In this document: positions 1 through 8,971 of the stretch, piece by piece | How positions within the stretch are numbered: the stretch's first letter is position 1 | How the letters are laid out: the number at the start of each line of letters is the position of its first letter | Assembly: GCA_002787095.1 (NCBI GenBank) | Contig: PCVW01000010.1 | Location: forward strand, 7,774 to 71,773 | DNA length: 64,000 nucleotides | Direction of reading: 5' to 3' | Source: Candidatus Omnitrophica bacterium CG11_big_fil_rev_8_21_14_0_20_64_10 | GTDB lineage: Bacteria; Omnitrophota; Gorgyraeia; 1-14-0-20-64-10 | Translations under genes and position numbers: made by a program | Notes under the pieces: model-generated | Told to the model about the DNA's origin: nothing | Seen by the model: the letters and a program-made list of their open reading frames with translations, nothing else | The model's database searches: none

Positions 1-642
1 GAAGGTCAGAGCAAGCGTTACCATGTTGGGCCGCCCCGCCCCGTCCCGCATTCCGGCCAGGAGCCGGACCGATTCCGGCTCCGGGACGGCTCCGGCTTTC
101 GGGCTCAGCAGATCCAGGCAGAGGGCCAGATCATGCGGGAGGCGGTCCCAAAGCAGATCGGTCTGGCGGCGGAACGGGCCCAGATCCCCCTCCTCGGTGA
201 CGATTGCCCGGATGCCCCCCCCCGCTTTCCGAACGGCCTCCTTGACGGCTTGATAGGCCGGATTGAACAGCTGGATGTGGTTGACCCACACCGGGAGACC
301 GCTTTTCCGGACCGCATCGTTCAGGCGACGGGTGGAGGGCAGATCGAGGGTCAGCGGTTTCTCGACCCAGCAGGGTTTTTTCGCCGCCAGGCAGGCCGAG
401 ACCATCTCGGCATGAAGGGGATCGGGCGCGGCGATCAGGACCGCTTCGCAGTCGGAGGCGATCAGTTTTTTCCAGTCGTCCGTGACGGCAATCCCCGGCG
501 CGGAGGATGCAAGCCGCTCGGGATTCCGGACGGAGATGTGGGTGATTCGGACGATTTCCGGAAGTGCGGCGGCGCTCCGAAGAAGCACCTGTCCCCATCG
601 GCCGGCGCCGATCAACCCCAGGCGCAACGGCTCCAGCGCCAC
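1..642 (-). CDS. Gfo/Idh/MocA-family NAD(P)-dependent oxidoreductase, partial (C-terminus lies beyond the window start)
   Basis: Reverse-strand translation gives VALEPLRLGLIGAGRWGQVLL...DCEAVLIAAPDPLHAEMVSACLAAKKPCWVEKPL, the classic N-terminal Rossmann fold and EKP motif of this family. The GTG start at 642-640 lies 4 nt from the stop of the upstream gene. The ORF is absent from the track because it runs off the window edge. Confidence 0.7.
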   Translation of the reverse strand, partial: MALEPLRLGLIGAGRWGQVLLRSAAALPEIVRITHISVRNPERLASSAPGIAVTDDWKKLIASDCEAVLIAAPDPLHAEMVSACLAAKKPCWVEKPLTLDLPSTRRLNDAVRKSGLPVWVNHIQLFNPAYQAVKEAVRKAGGGIRAIVTEEGDLGPFRRQTDLLWDRLPHDLALCLDLLSPKAGAVPEPESVRLLAGMRDGAGRPNMVTLALTF

Positions 643-646
643 CCGA

Positions 647-1708
647 TCACTCCCCCCGATAGTGGGTCAGCGCCCAGTCCATGAAGCGCCGCAGCCCGTC
701 TTTCAGGGAGACCTGGGGGGCATAGCCCAGCTGCAGGGTCGCCTTGCCGATGTCAGGACAGCGCCGCTGCGGTTCATCCGCCGGATAGGAATCGGGATAT
801 TCAACCTGATCGATCGGGATTGGCCGGCCGAGGGCCTCGGTGATTGTCTGGGCCAGGTCCAGCATCGAGACCTCCGGCTTCGGGTTGCCGATGTTGTAGG
901 CCTGTCCCGGTCCGCCTTGGACGAGGGTTTTTATGAATCCGGTGATCGCGTCGGTCACATAGCAGAAGGTGCGGGTCTGCCGGCCGGTGCCGTAGATCCG
1001 GAGTGGTTTCCCGGACTTGATCCGGCTGGCGAAGTTCGGGAGGACCCGGTAGTCGGTCTCTTTCATGCCGGGCCCGTAAATATTGAACGGCCGGACGATC
1101 TTGGTCGGGACGCCGTCCTGTTCGTGGAAGATCATGCAGAGGGTCTCCCCCAGCCGCTTCGACTCGTCGTAGCAGGCCCGGGGTCCGATCGAGGCGACAT
1201 TCCCCCGGTACGACTCCGGGGTCGGGACATGTTTCGGATCCGGATCGCCGTAGATCTCGCTGGAGCTGAAATAAAGGAACCCCTTGAGGGGATGGTTTCG
1301 GGAGAAGAGCAGCAGGTTCTTCGCTCCCAGAGTTGCCACCTCGAGGGTCTGCAGGGGGTATTTTCGGTAGTAGTAGGGGCTGGCGATGCCGGCGGCGTGG
1401 ATGCAGTAATCGACCGTCTCCGGGACCTGCAGCGGTTGGATCACGTCATGCTCGATGAAGCGGGTCCCCGGCAGATCGGTTTTAAAATCTTCCGGCCGGC
1501 GGCTGGTGATGTGGTTGTCCACGCCGATCAGCCGGATCGGCTGTTTCCGGTTCTCCCGGTTGAAGGCGGCGAACAGCGCGGTGAAATAGGTTCCGAGGAA
1601 TCCGTGGGCGCCGGTCATCAGCACGACATGGCCGGAAAGGGCCTTCAGTTCCGGCTCGGTCTGCCGCAGGATTTCCTGGATGTCGCTGTCGAGATAGGTG
1701 GCGGTCAT
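647..1708 (-). CDS. UDP-glucuronate decarboxylase (UDP-xylose synthase, UXS/ArnA-decarboxylase-like) SDR
   Basis: 353 aa. GxxGxxG (TGAHGFLG); blocks GPRACYDESKR, RPFNIYGPG, TRTFCYVTD and PQRRCPDIGKA closely match UXS-type NAD-dependent decarboxylases. TGA stop at 649-647 checked. Confidence 0.85.
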   Translation of the reverse strand: MTATYLDSDIQEILRQTEPELKALSGHVVLMTGAHGFLGTYFTALFAAFNRENRKQPIRLIGVDNHITSRRPEDFKTDLPGTRFIEHDVIQPLQVPETVDYCIHAAGIASPYYYRKYPLQTLEVATLGAKNLLLFSRNHPLKGFLYFSSSEIYGDPDPKHVPTPESYRGNVASIGPRACYDESKRLGETLCMIFHEQDGVPTKIVRPFNIYGPGMKETDYRVLPNFASRIKSGKPLRIYGTGRQTRTFCYVTDAITGFIKTLVQGGPGQAYNIGNPKPEVSMLDLAQTITEALGRPIPIDQVEYPDSYPADEPQRRCPDIGKATLQLGYAPQVSLKDGLRRFMDWALTHYRGE

Positions 1709-1718
1709 GGAGTTCCCG

Positions 1719-3005
1719 TCATCTTACCTCAAGTTCCGGCAGCGGCACGATGAAATGTCCCCCGGCCGCCCGGAAATCAACCTGTTTGGCGATGATCGGC
1801 TCAGCGAAGTTCCAGGCCAGGATCAAACAGTGGTCCGGCCGGCGGCGGGGATCCCGCAGCACCTCCGAGGAGACGATCGGGATGTGGTGTCCCGGGGAGA
1901 GGAGCCCCTGCTTCCAGGGACTGTCATCGATGATCTGGGGCAGGTCCGCCGGCCCGAGCTCGAACTGGTACATCAGGGTGGTCGCCTTGGCCGGGGCCCC
2001 GAAACCGATGACCCGGCGCCCCTCGTTTTTCAACCGGTCGAGGAGGGTTCGCAGTTCCTCTTTCCGCCGGTGGATCCGGTCTCCCAGCTTTTGGAAGCAG
2101 GCGGCTTTGAACAGGCCGGCCCGCTCCTCCTCCCGGATCAGCCGGTGGAGCCGTTCGGCCGGTTGGATGCCTGCCCTTTTCGGCCGGACCCATCCCCGGA
2201 GGGAGCCGCCGTGCGTCTCCACCTTCTCCGCGTCGGCGAGGACCCATCCCCGGCTTTCGAAAAAACCGGCCAACGGCCGGGCGGTGTGATAGCTGAGGTG
2301 CTCGTGGTAGATCGTGTCGAACAGCAGCTTCTCCACGACCGCCAGCCCGTGGGAAACTTCGAAGAGGAACCAGCCGGCCGGATCCAGCAGTTCCGCGATC
2401 CCCCGGGCGATCCCGTCCAGGTCGTCGGCATGGGCGAAGACATTGTTCGCGGTGATCACCTTCGGCTTCCACCCTTCCCGCTTGAGGGCCCGGGCCAGCT
2501 CCGGGGTGAAGAATTCCGTCCGGGTCGGGATCCCCGTCTTTGAAGCGCTTTCGGCGATTTTGCGGGCCGGATCCAGCCCCAGCACCCGCATCCCCGCTTC
2601 CTGAAAGAAGCGCAGGAGGGTCCCGTCGTTGCTGCCGATGTCGATCACCTGGTCCCCCGGTTTGAGTTCCGCCCGTTCGATCACCGCCCGCGCGTACCGC
2701 CGGAAATGATCCACGAAGGCCGGCGAGGTCCCCGACACATAGACATAGTCCCGGAAGAGAATTTCGGGGGAGACGATCTCCTCCAGCTGCAGGTGGGCGC
2801 AAGCACGGCAGAGCCGCAGGGTTAGGGGGAAGCGGGGCTGCGGCTCGGCGGCCTGCTCCGGCCGGACGAAGGCATTGGCCAGCGGCGTCTCACGCAACGA
2901 CAGGACCGGGTCGGTCCCGGCGCCGCAAAGCCGGCAATCCCGCCGCCGCTTCAGCCAGCCGGCCGCTTCGGCGGTCCGATCGGCCGGCGCCGAATTCGGC
3001 TTCAT
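1719..3005 (-). CDS. NDP-hexose C-methyltransferase (TylC3/NovU family), copy 1
   Basis: N-terminal zinc ribbon CRLCGAG...PLANAFV...CRAC followed by a class-I methyltransferase core (VIDIGSNDG), then the C-methyltransferase C-terminal domain (WNFAEPI). The real ATG at 3005-3003 forms an ATGA overlap with the upstream stop. The track ORF 1719..3467 carries a 154-aa spurious N-terminal extension. Confidence 0.8.
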   Translation of the reverse strand: MKPNSAPADRTAEAAGWLKRRRDCRLCGAGTDPVLSLRETPLANAFVRPEQAAEPQPRFPLTLRLCRACAHLQLEEIVSPEILFRDYVYVSGTSPAFVDHFRRYARAVIERAELKPGDQVIDIGSNDGTLLRFFQEAGMRVLGLDPARKIAESASKTGIPTRTEFFTPELARALKREGWKPKVITANNVFAHADDLDGIARGIAELLDPAGWFLFEVSHGLAVVEKLLFDTIYHEHLSYHTARPLAGFFESRGWVLADAEKVETHGGSLRGWVRPKRAGIQPAERLHRLIREEERAGLFKAACFQKLGDRIHRRKEELRTLLDRLKNEGRRVIGFGAPAKATTLMYQFELGPADLPQIIDDSPWKQGLLSPGHHIPIVSSEVLRDPRRRPDHCLILAWNFAEPIIAKQVDFRAAGGHFIVPLPELEVR

Positions 3006-3418
3006 TGCTCCGGCGAAACCTTCATCGGGGGGATCCGGACGATGTCCGCTTCGTAGTCCGGCGCGTGGCGGTCGTTGCGGGCCACGACGAACAGGACTGA
3101 ATCCTCGGTGAAGACCATCACATGTTCGAACATCGGCGGCGAGTAGAAGAGGGTTCCCGGGGTGATGATCCACTGCTGGGGCGCCTCGGTGGAGCCGACC
3201 GGCCGGTGGGCGTAGATCATCCGGCCGGAATGGAGCCAGGAGTAGTGGAAATCGGTCTTGTGGTAATGGTTCCCCCGCACCGCCCCCTTCTTGGAATGGA
3301 TCACGAGGGCCGAGCCCAGCGGCAGGTCCACGAGGTTCTGGATCATCCCCCGGTCGTCCCGGAAAGGGGCCGGCAGTTGGACCACGGTTTTCGGATCCAG
3401 TTTCTTTGAAGGGGTCAT
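3002..3418 (-). CDS. WxcM/FdtA-like cupin (putative NDP-4-keto-6-deoxyhexose 3,4-ketoisomerase)
   Basis: 138 aa, small cupin. RGNHYHK resembles the FdtA His-x-His block RGFHAHK; size and context (next to a C-methyltransferase) fit. Confidence 0.55.
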   Translation of the reverse strand: MTPSKKLDPKTVVQLPAPFRDDRGMIQNLVDLPLGSALVIHSKKGAVRGNHYHKTDFHYSWLHSGRMIYAHRPVGSTEAPQQWIITPGTLFYSPPMFEHVMVFTEDSVLFVVARNDRHAPDYEADIVRIPPMKVSPEQ

Positions 3419-3423
3419 TCCGT

Positions 3424-4287
3424 TTACTCCTTGTTTGTCTTTTGATGAACGATGAAATTGCCGCCATGTTTGAGGCGCCGGACCACCCGGACCCCGAACG
3501 GCCGGTTCCCGATCCCCGCCTTCTCCAACAGGCGGGAGAGCGGGTCCGGCTTCAGCTGGCCGAGGAACTCCAGCCCGTGCCGATGAAGCAGCTCATTCCA
3601 GACCGGCATGGCCTGGTAGATGAAGTTCTTCTCCAGATGGATGTGGTGCTGCTCCGAGGGGCTGAAGGTGGATTTGCTGATCAGCCATCCCCCCGGCTTG
3701 AGCGTCTTCGCGATCCGGCCGACCGCCTCATCCAGATCGAACAGATGCTCGAAGACATCCCAGGCGATCACCGCGTCGTACCGCTCCTGCGGCAGCGGCT
3801 CTAGGGCGGAGAGGACCTCCGCCTCGAAGCCTTCCCGCTTGAATCGCCAACCGGCGTAGTCCCGGGTGTTGCCCGGCACATCCAGGTGATCGCATCGGAT
3901 TCCCCGCCGCCGCAGGTGCAGAGTGACGCCGCCGACCCCGCCGCCAAAGTCCAGCACCCGCTCCTTGCCCCATCGCCGGCAGGCCAGCGCCAGCACCTCG
4001 AGCCATTTCTGCTTGTCCCGCGTCGCCTCCCAGTAGCTCAGTTCATACAGGTACTGCGGCGTCTGGGCGTAGTAGGCGTCCACCTCCGCGGCGGTTTGGG
4101 CCCGGGCGGCCCGCTTCTGCGCCTCCACATCCTCCGTTTCCTTCTTCTCCCAGTAGGTTTTGGCGATCGCCTCCAGCGGTTCCCGGAGGTACCCGGTCAG
4201 GTGGCCAAAGGCAGTTTCGGCCGCCCGGGGATCCAGCCCCGCGACGCAGAGCTCCTCCTCCAGGGCCGGATCACGATACGGCGTCAT
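3424..4287 (-). CDS. class I SAM-dependent methyltransferase (MT1)
   Basis: Motif I VLDFGGGVGG and post-I acidic residue; ATG at 4287-4285 checked (cat on the plus strand). Confidence 0.75.
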   Translation of the reverse strand: MTPYRDPALEEELCVAGLDPRAAETAFGHLTGYLREPLEAIAKTYWEKKETEDVEAQKRAARAQTAAEVDAYYAQTPQYLYELSYWEATRDKQKWLEVLALACRRWGKERVLDFGGGVGGVTLHLRRRGIRCDHLDVPGNTRDYAGWRFKREGFEAEVLSALEPLPQERYDAVIAWDVFEHLFDLDEAVGRIAKTLKPGGWLISKSTFSPSEQHHIHLEKNFIYQAMPVWNELLHRHGLEFLGQLKPDPLSRLLEKAGIGNRPFGVRVVRRLKHGGNFIVHQKTNKE

Positions 4288-5872
4288 GGTTTTCCGCGAT
4301 CTCCCAGTATTTGGCCCAGAGGGCATGGTGAAAGAAGGCGGTCAGCCCGGCGAAGAGGAACCCGATCCGCCCTTCCCGGAAGCCCCCCTGCTTGATGAAC
4401 GATTTCCAGAAACGGTGGATCGGTTTGAAGACCATCTGTCCCCGCACGACCTGCCAAGGGAGCCGGCCCTTCTCCCGGAAGAGGACCGCCGCCTCGACGT
4501 TCGAGTAATGGTTCTGCCGGTCGATGAACTGCGCGAACGATTGGAACGGATGGTGCTCGATCTCCGCTTCCAGCGGGGCGACCTCCCCGTCCACCTGCAG
4601 GCGGACATGGATCCCCTGCCCCACGCAGCGGGCGTTCTTCCTGCGGAACAGGATCCGGTGCCGGTGCCGCCAGCCCCCCCGCCGCATCGGATGGCCCAGG
4701 AAGAAGTTGAGTCGGATCAGGTCGTAGGCCCGGACCCGGCCGTCGTTGGTCCGCAGCGCTTCATCGATCGCGTCCCGCAGCGCCGGGGTCACGATCTCGT
4801 CGGCGTCGATGTGCAGGATCCACTCGCTCTCGGCCCGGTCGCTGCCGATGTTCCATTGCTGATCGTGGTTGTCCCGGGAGGGATGGACGAACACCTTGGG
4901 GGTGAAACGCTTCGCGATCGCGACGCTGTCGTCGCTGCTTTCATCGTCCACGATCACGATCTCGTCGGCCCATCCCTGGACCTGCTCCAGGCAGTGGGCC
5001 AGCCGGGCCGCTTCGTTCTTCACCATCATCACCACCGCCAATGTCGGGCGCCGCCGGCCCGGGGGCTCCGCCGCCGGCCGGCTCACCGCATCTCCCGCCG
5101 GAACGGTCTCCGTCCGCTGCGTTGCTTCCCAGTATTTGGCGTAGCTGACGAACTGGTAGAGGCCGCCGAGGACCGCGGCGACGAAGCCGATCCAGCCGTC
5201 CTTCCGTCCCTTCTTGCCGACATAAGCCCGAAAGAAGCGGTCGATCGTCCGCTGCATCCCCTTGCCGAACGACATCTTCCGGCCGTCGGTCAGCCACTTC
5301 CGGGTCTCCAGGGTCGTTTGCCGGTTGAGCTTGCCGATGAAATCCCCGATGTCCCGATAGGAGTAGTGGAGGATGTCGCCGGTCAGCGCCCCCGAGGGCT
5401 GGTCGGAGATCGCCCGGCAGTGGACCGTCGTCTCCTCCCAGCGGAAGGCGGACCGCTTGTACAGCTTGACCTGGGCGCTTGGGTACCAGCCGCCGTGCTT
5501 GAGCCAGCGCCGCCCGATGTAGTTCCGGCGGGGAATCGCGTAGACGGCCTTCTCCGGTGTCCCCCGGAAGAGGGTCTGCAGTTCCTCCGCCAGCTCCGGG
5601 GTCACCCGCTCGTCGGCGTCGATGCTCAGGATCCAGTCGTTCCGGGCCTGGGCCGCCGCCCAGTTCCGATGCCGCCCTTCCAGGTCCATCTTCCGGTGGA
5701 CGACCCGGACCCGGGGGCTCTGATTCCTGGCGATCGCGACGGTGTCGTCGCTGCTTTCATCGTCTACGACCAGGATCTCGTCGGCGAACGGCACCGAGTC
5801 CAGGCAGTCCCGGATCCGGCCGGCCTCGTTCTTCGTCAGGACGACGACGGTGAGCGGGAGAGATTCCGGCAT
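4271..5872 (-). CDS. tandem (two-domain) family-2 glycosyltransferase
   Basis: Two consecutive GT-A/GT2 modules: LTVVVLTKNEAGRI...ILVVDDESSDDT and LAVVMMVKNEAARL...IVIVDDESSDDS. ATG at 5872-5870. The first 111 aa of track ORF 4271..6205 are rejected as an extension. Confidence 0.8.
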   Translation of the reverse strand: MPESLPLTVVVLTKNEAGRIRDCLDSVPFADEILVVDDESSDDTVAIARNQSPRVRVVHRKMDLEGRHRNWAAAQARNDWILSIDADERVTPELAEELQTLFRGTPEKAVYAIPRRNYIGRRWLKHGGWYPSAQVKLYKRSAFRWEETTVHCRAISDQPSGALTGDILHYSYRDIGDFIGKLNRQTTLETRKWLTDGRKMSFGKGMQRTIDRFFRAYVGKKGRKDGWIGFVAAVLGGLYQFVSYAKYWEATQRTETVPAGDAVSRPAAEPPGRRRPTLAVVMMVKNEAARLAHCLEQVQGWADEIVIVDDESSDDSVAIAKRFTPKVFVHPSRDNHDQQWNIGSDRAESEWILHIDADEIVTPALRDAIDEALRTNDGRVRAYDLIRLNFFLGHPMRRGGWRHRHRILFRRKNARCVGQGIHVRLQVDGEVAPLEAEIEHHPFQSFAQFIDRQNHYSNVEAAVLFREKGRLPWQVVRGQMVFKPIHRFWKSFIKQGGFREGRIGFLFAGLTAFFHHALWAKYWEIAENHDAVS

Positions 5873-6936
5873 TGGTTGAGCAGTTCCTCGTGTGTCGGTT
5901 GATCCATCAGACGGGCCCGGTGCAGCCACCGGAGCCGGCGCACCCACCGGGACCAGGCGGGGTCGTGGCTGACCACCAGGTCGAACGGTTTCTTCCGCTT
6001 GGTGACCAGGCGCCAGAGCGCGGTCCGGCGCCAGCTTTTCTCCGGCCCTTCGAGAAAGGCCACCTGCGCCTGTCCTTCCGGGAAGGGGTTGCCGTTCCCT
6101 CGCGGTCCGGCGACGCAAAGCCAGTGCCCCGCCTCCACGATCCGGCGCCAGCCGTCGGGATCGCTCTCGGGGGAATCGGTCAGGATCCGGAGCTTCCGTC
6201 CCCATTTCGCTTCGTACCGCCGGCGGTTTTCCTCAAAGGCTTTCTTCCAGCCCGGCATCCGCCGGAAGCTGGCCTTCTCTTCATGGTACACATAGGCGCC
6301 GCAGGCCCGGACGATCGTTCGCCCGCTGTTTCGGACCCGGTGGGAGAGGTCGTCGTCGTCGAAGTTCCCCATCCCGAACCGTTCATCCAGCCCGCCGATC
6401 TCCTCAAAGAGGGAGCGCCGGCCAAGCAGACAGAAGCCCAGCGCGATCGAGAGGGAGGCCGACTTTCCTGACTCGGCCTGGAGGGATCGGGCGACCGCTT
6501 CGGGGCTGCGCCCCGCCGGACTCAGCCCCAGGGAATTGCTGGTGGGATTGACCAGGCCGATCTGTGGGTCCTGATCGGCGACTCGGATCATCTCGGTCAG
6601 CCAGCCGGCGGTGACGACGGTATCGTTGTTCAGCAGGCAGATCCAGGGAGCTTGGGCCGCCGCCAGTCCCTGGTTGATCGCCTTGATGAAGCCGAGGTTG
6701 ACGGTGTTGCGCAGGATGGCCACCGGCACCGGGGCCGCCTGAGCGAATTGATCGAGCATCTCCCGGGTCGGCGCTTCCGAGCCGTTGTCGATCAGGATCA
6801 GCCGGATCGACCGGCCGGTATTTTGAATGACCGATTCCAGGCAGCGGCCGGTCAACTCCGGCAGGTTCCAGATCGGGATGATGATGTCGCAGTCGGGCCG
6901 ATTCCCCCGGCCCGCTGTTCCCTCCGGGCTACTCAA
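5836..6936 (-). CDS. family-2 glycosyltransferase
   Basis: CDIIIPIWN...LILIDNGSEAP...LLNNDTVV, a GT2 fold with DxD. The only available start is TTG at 6936-6934 (the track's 'M'). Confidence 0.75.
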   Translation of the reverse strand: MSSPEGTAGRGNRPDCDIIIPIWNLPELTGRCLESVIQNTGRSIRLILIDNGSEAPTREMLDQFAQAAPVPVAILRNTVNLGFIKAINQGLAAAQAPWICLLNNDTVVTAGWLTEMIRVADQDPQIGLVNPTSNSLGLSPAGRSPEAVARSLQAESGKSASLSIALGFCLLGRRSLFEEIGGLDERFGMGNFDDDDLSHRVRNSGRTIVRACGAYVYHEEKASFRRMPGWKKAFEENRRRYEAKWGRKLRILTDSPESDPDGWRRIVEAGHWLCVAGPRGNGNPFPEGQAQVAFLEGPEKSWRRTALWRLVTKRKKPFDLVVSHDPAWSRWVRRLRWLHRARLMDQPTHEELLNQCRNLSRSPSSS

Positions 6937-7768
6937 TGATCTCGCGTCCGTAGTAAGGGTGGCGCCGCATCACCTCCGGCAGATCGGCCGGGTCCCACGG
7001 GACCGCCCGGGGAAACTTCGGAGGATCCACAGGATGGATGTTCTCCATCTGCCGGTTTTGCGGCCAGGCCTTCCAGACCCGTTCGTACCAGCCGGAGAGG
7101 ATCTCCTGGGCGTGCGGGAAGGTGGAAAGTTTTTCCCGCATCCGGGCCGGTGAGCGGGCGTAGGAGAAGTGGTAATAGACCGCCTCCTCCGGCGGGAATT
7201 CATGGATCGTCCCAATGGAGTTTAGGTCGTTCGCTCCGACAAAGCGGAGCCGGTGCGGAAAGGGGATGCCGAGGATCCGGCGGACCGGGGTGATCTTGAA
7301 GAGACGGCGGGGACGCCAGGAATTGAGCTCCGCGGGGATCGCGTACCGGAAGGAACGCCAAAAAGTGATGCACTTGATGATGAAGGTCCCCACCTCCGGC
7401 CGCACCGACAGGGTCTCTCGGATGTGCCGCAGATGCTCCGCCTTGTACACCTCGTCCCCGTCCACGAGAAAGTGGTAATCCATTCCCAGCTCCAGGCAGC
7501 GCTTCAGCCCCATTTCGCGGTGGGCCAGCTGATCGGCCCAGCGTCCTTCGATCACCTGGACCTGATTCGGGAACTCGTCCGCCAGTTTTCGGACGATCCG
7601 GCCGGTGTCATCGGGGGGGAACTGGTCGATGGACTCGGTGGCGTAAGCGCTGTAGGGGGCGGTCCCCAGACAAAGGATCACCTTCTCCACGGCCGGGAGC
7701 AGCGAGCGGACGGAGTATTCTAAGTACTCTCCCTCGTTGTAGATGCAGTAGACGGCAGCAATCTTCAT
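6929..7768 (-). CDS. putative GT-A-fold glycosyltransferase (GT2-like), function unclear
   Basis: The N-terminus MKIAAVYCIYNEGEYLEYSV resembles the GT2 'IP.YNE' block. ATG at 7768-7766, preceded by GGGGGG, is the first gene after the only intergenic gap. Confidence 0.45.
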   Translation of the reverse strand: MKIAAVYCIYNEGEYLEYSVRSLLPAVEKVILCLGTAPYSAYATESIDQFPPDDTGRIVRKLADEFPNQVQVIEGRWADQLAHREMGLKRCLELGMDYHFLVDGDEVYKAEHLRHIRETLSVRPEVGTFIIKCITFWRSFRYAIPAELNSWRPRRLFKITPVRRILGIPFPHRLRFVGANDLNSIGTIHEFPPEEAVYYHFSYARSPARMREKLSTFPHAQEILSGWYERVWKAWPQNRQMENIHPVDPPKFPRAVPWDPADLPEVMRRHPYYGREIIE

Positions 7769-7870
7769 GGGCCCCCCATTCTACCAGAACCGCCGCCGGA
7801 AAAGGGGGCTGGCCCAAAAGGGGGTCAAAGGGGGCAGGCCTTCAGTACCCCGCACCGGCCAACATTTCGG
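7769..7870 (-). promoter_or_regulatory. only substantial intergenic gap of the locus (102 bp); candidate internal promoter / RBS region
   Basis: The minus strand reads ...cctTTGACCcc...(39 nt)...ggTAGAATGGGGGGcccATG. A -10-like TAGAAT and a G-rich Shine-Dalgarno sit just upstream of the ATG; the -35 spacing is non-canonical. No convincing terminator hairpin. Confidence 0.2.
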
Positions 7871-8971
7871 CTAGGCGTCGAGGAGGGAGCGGGCGGCAGC
7901 CAAGACCGTTTCCGGCGGCAGTTCGGTCAGGCAGCGGTTCTCCCAGGGGCAAGGCGGGATCCGGAAGCCGCGGTAGCAGGGGCGGCAGGCCAGCCCTTTG
8001 GAGAGGATCCGATGTTGGGGGCCCGGCGGAAAAGGACCGTAGACCGATCCGTCCACCGGTCCGAAGATCGTCACAGTGGGGGTCCCGACGGCGGCCGCCA
8101 GATGGAGCGGACCGCTGTCGTTTCCGATCACCAGCCGGCAGCGCCGCAGGATCGCCGCCAGTGTCATGAGGTCGGGGGCCGGCGGCAGGAGAATCGGTGG
8201 CCGGGGTGACCGCCGCAGCAGGTCGCGGCAGATCAGTTCGTCCGTGGGATCTCCAATGAGCGCCAGCGAGCGGCCCTCTCCCTGAAGGGCGTCGATCAGG
8301 GCCGCGTAGTGCCGGACCGGCCACTGTTTCAATGAAGCCCGCTCGCCCCAACTGGCCCCTCCCCCCGGCACCAGGGCGATCATCGGACCGACCGCCGGAT
8401 TCCAGCCGTTGTTTTTCAGGTGGTCTTCCCCGGCCCGGTCGAACGGTTCTGGGATCGGAATCGGTCCGGCGAACTGTTCCGGTCCGGCCGGGGGGTGTCC
8501 GGCGGCCGGCCGAAACTCCGGAAGGAGATTCAGCAGGGCGAAGTAATGAACGGCGACCGGCCGGTCGTCGAATCCATGGATTGGGAGCGAATCGGTCAGG
8601 AATCGCCCCCGGCCCCGGAAGTTCAGGCCGACCCGTCGGGGGATCCCGGCCCAGAGTCCCAGCCCCCCCAGCTGCCAACCGAGCGAGAGGTCCAGCTGGA
8701 GGTCGAACTGCTCCTTCCGAATTCGGTCCGCCAGGGCGCCAATCTCCCGCAGCCCGCCAATCCGGGATCGTTTCCAGGCGGCCCGCAGGGCATCCTTGTG
8801 ATACCGGATCGTCTCATCCACCTCCGGCCAGGCCTGCGCCAACGCCTCGGTCCGTTCGTTGCAGAGCAGGACCAGCCGGCCCTCCGGGAACCGTTGTTTG
8901 ACCGCCCGGACCAGCGGCAGCGAGAAGAGGAGGTCCCCGATACCGAACGGGTGCGTGATCAGGATCCGCAT
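7871..8971 (-). CDS. glycosyltransferase family 9 (LPS heptosyltransferase-like)
   Basis: MRILITHPFGIGDLLFSLPLVRAVKQRFP...LIGNDSGPLHLAAAVGTPTVTIFGP, the GT9 signature. ATG at 8971-8969; TAG stop at 7873-7871. Confidence 0.85.
   Translation of the reverse strand: MRILITHPFGIGDLLFSLPLVRAVKQRFPEGRLVLLCNERTEALAQAWPEVDETIRYHKDALRAAWKRSRIGGLREIGALADRIRKEQFDLQLDLSLGWQLGGLGLWAGIPRRVGLNFRGRGRFLTDSLPIHGFDDRPVAVHYFALLNLLPEFRPAAGHPPAGPEQFAGPIPIPEPFDRAGEDHLKNNGWNPAVGPMIALVPGGGASWGERASLKQWPVRHYAALIDALQGEGRSLALIGDPTDELICRDLLRRSPRPPILLPPAPDLMTLAAILRRCRLVIGNDSGPLHLAAAVGTPTVTIFGPVDGSVYGPFPPGPQHRILSKGLACRPCYRGFRIPPCPWENRCLTELPPETVLAAARSLLDA

Noticed and set aside
7769-7870. Rho-independent terminator in the 102-bp gap (G/C-rich direct near-repeats GGGGGCTGGCC / GGGGGCAGGCC)
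   Set aside because: The elements are direct repeats, not inverted. There is no stem-loop followed by a T-tract.
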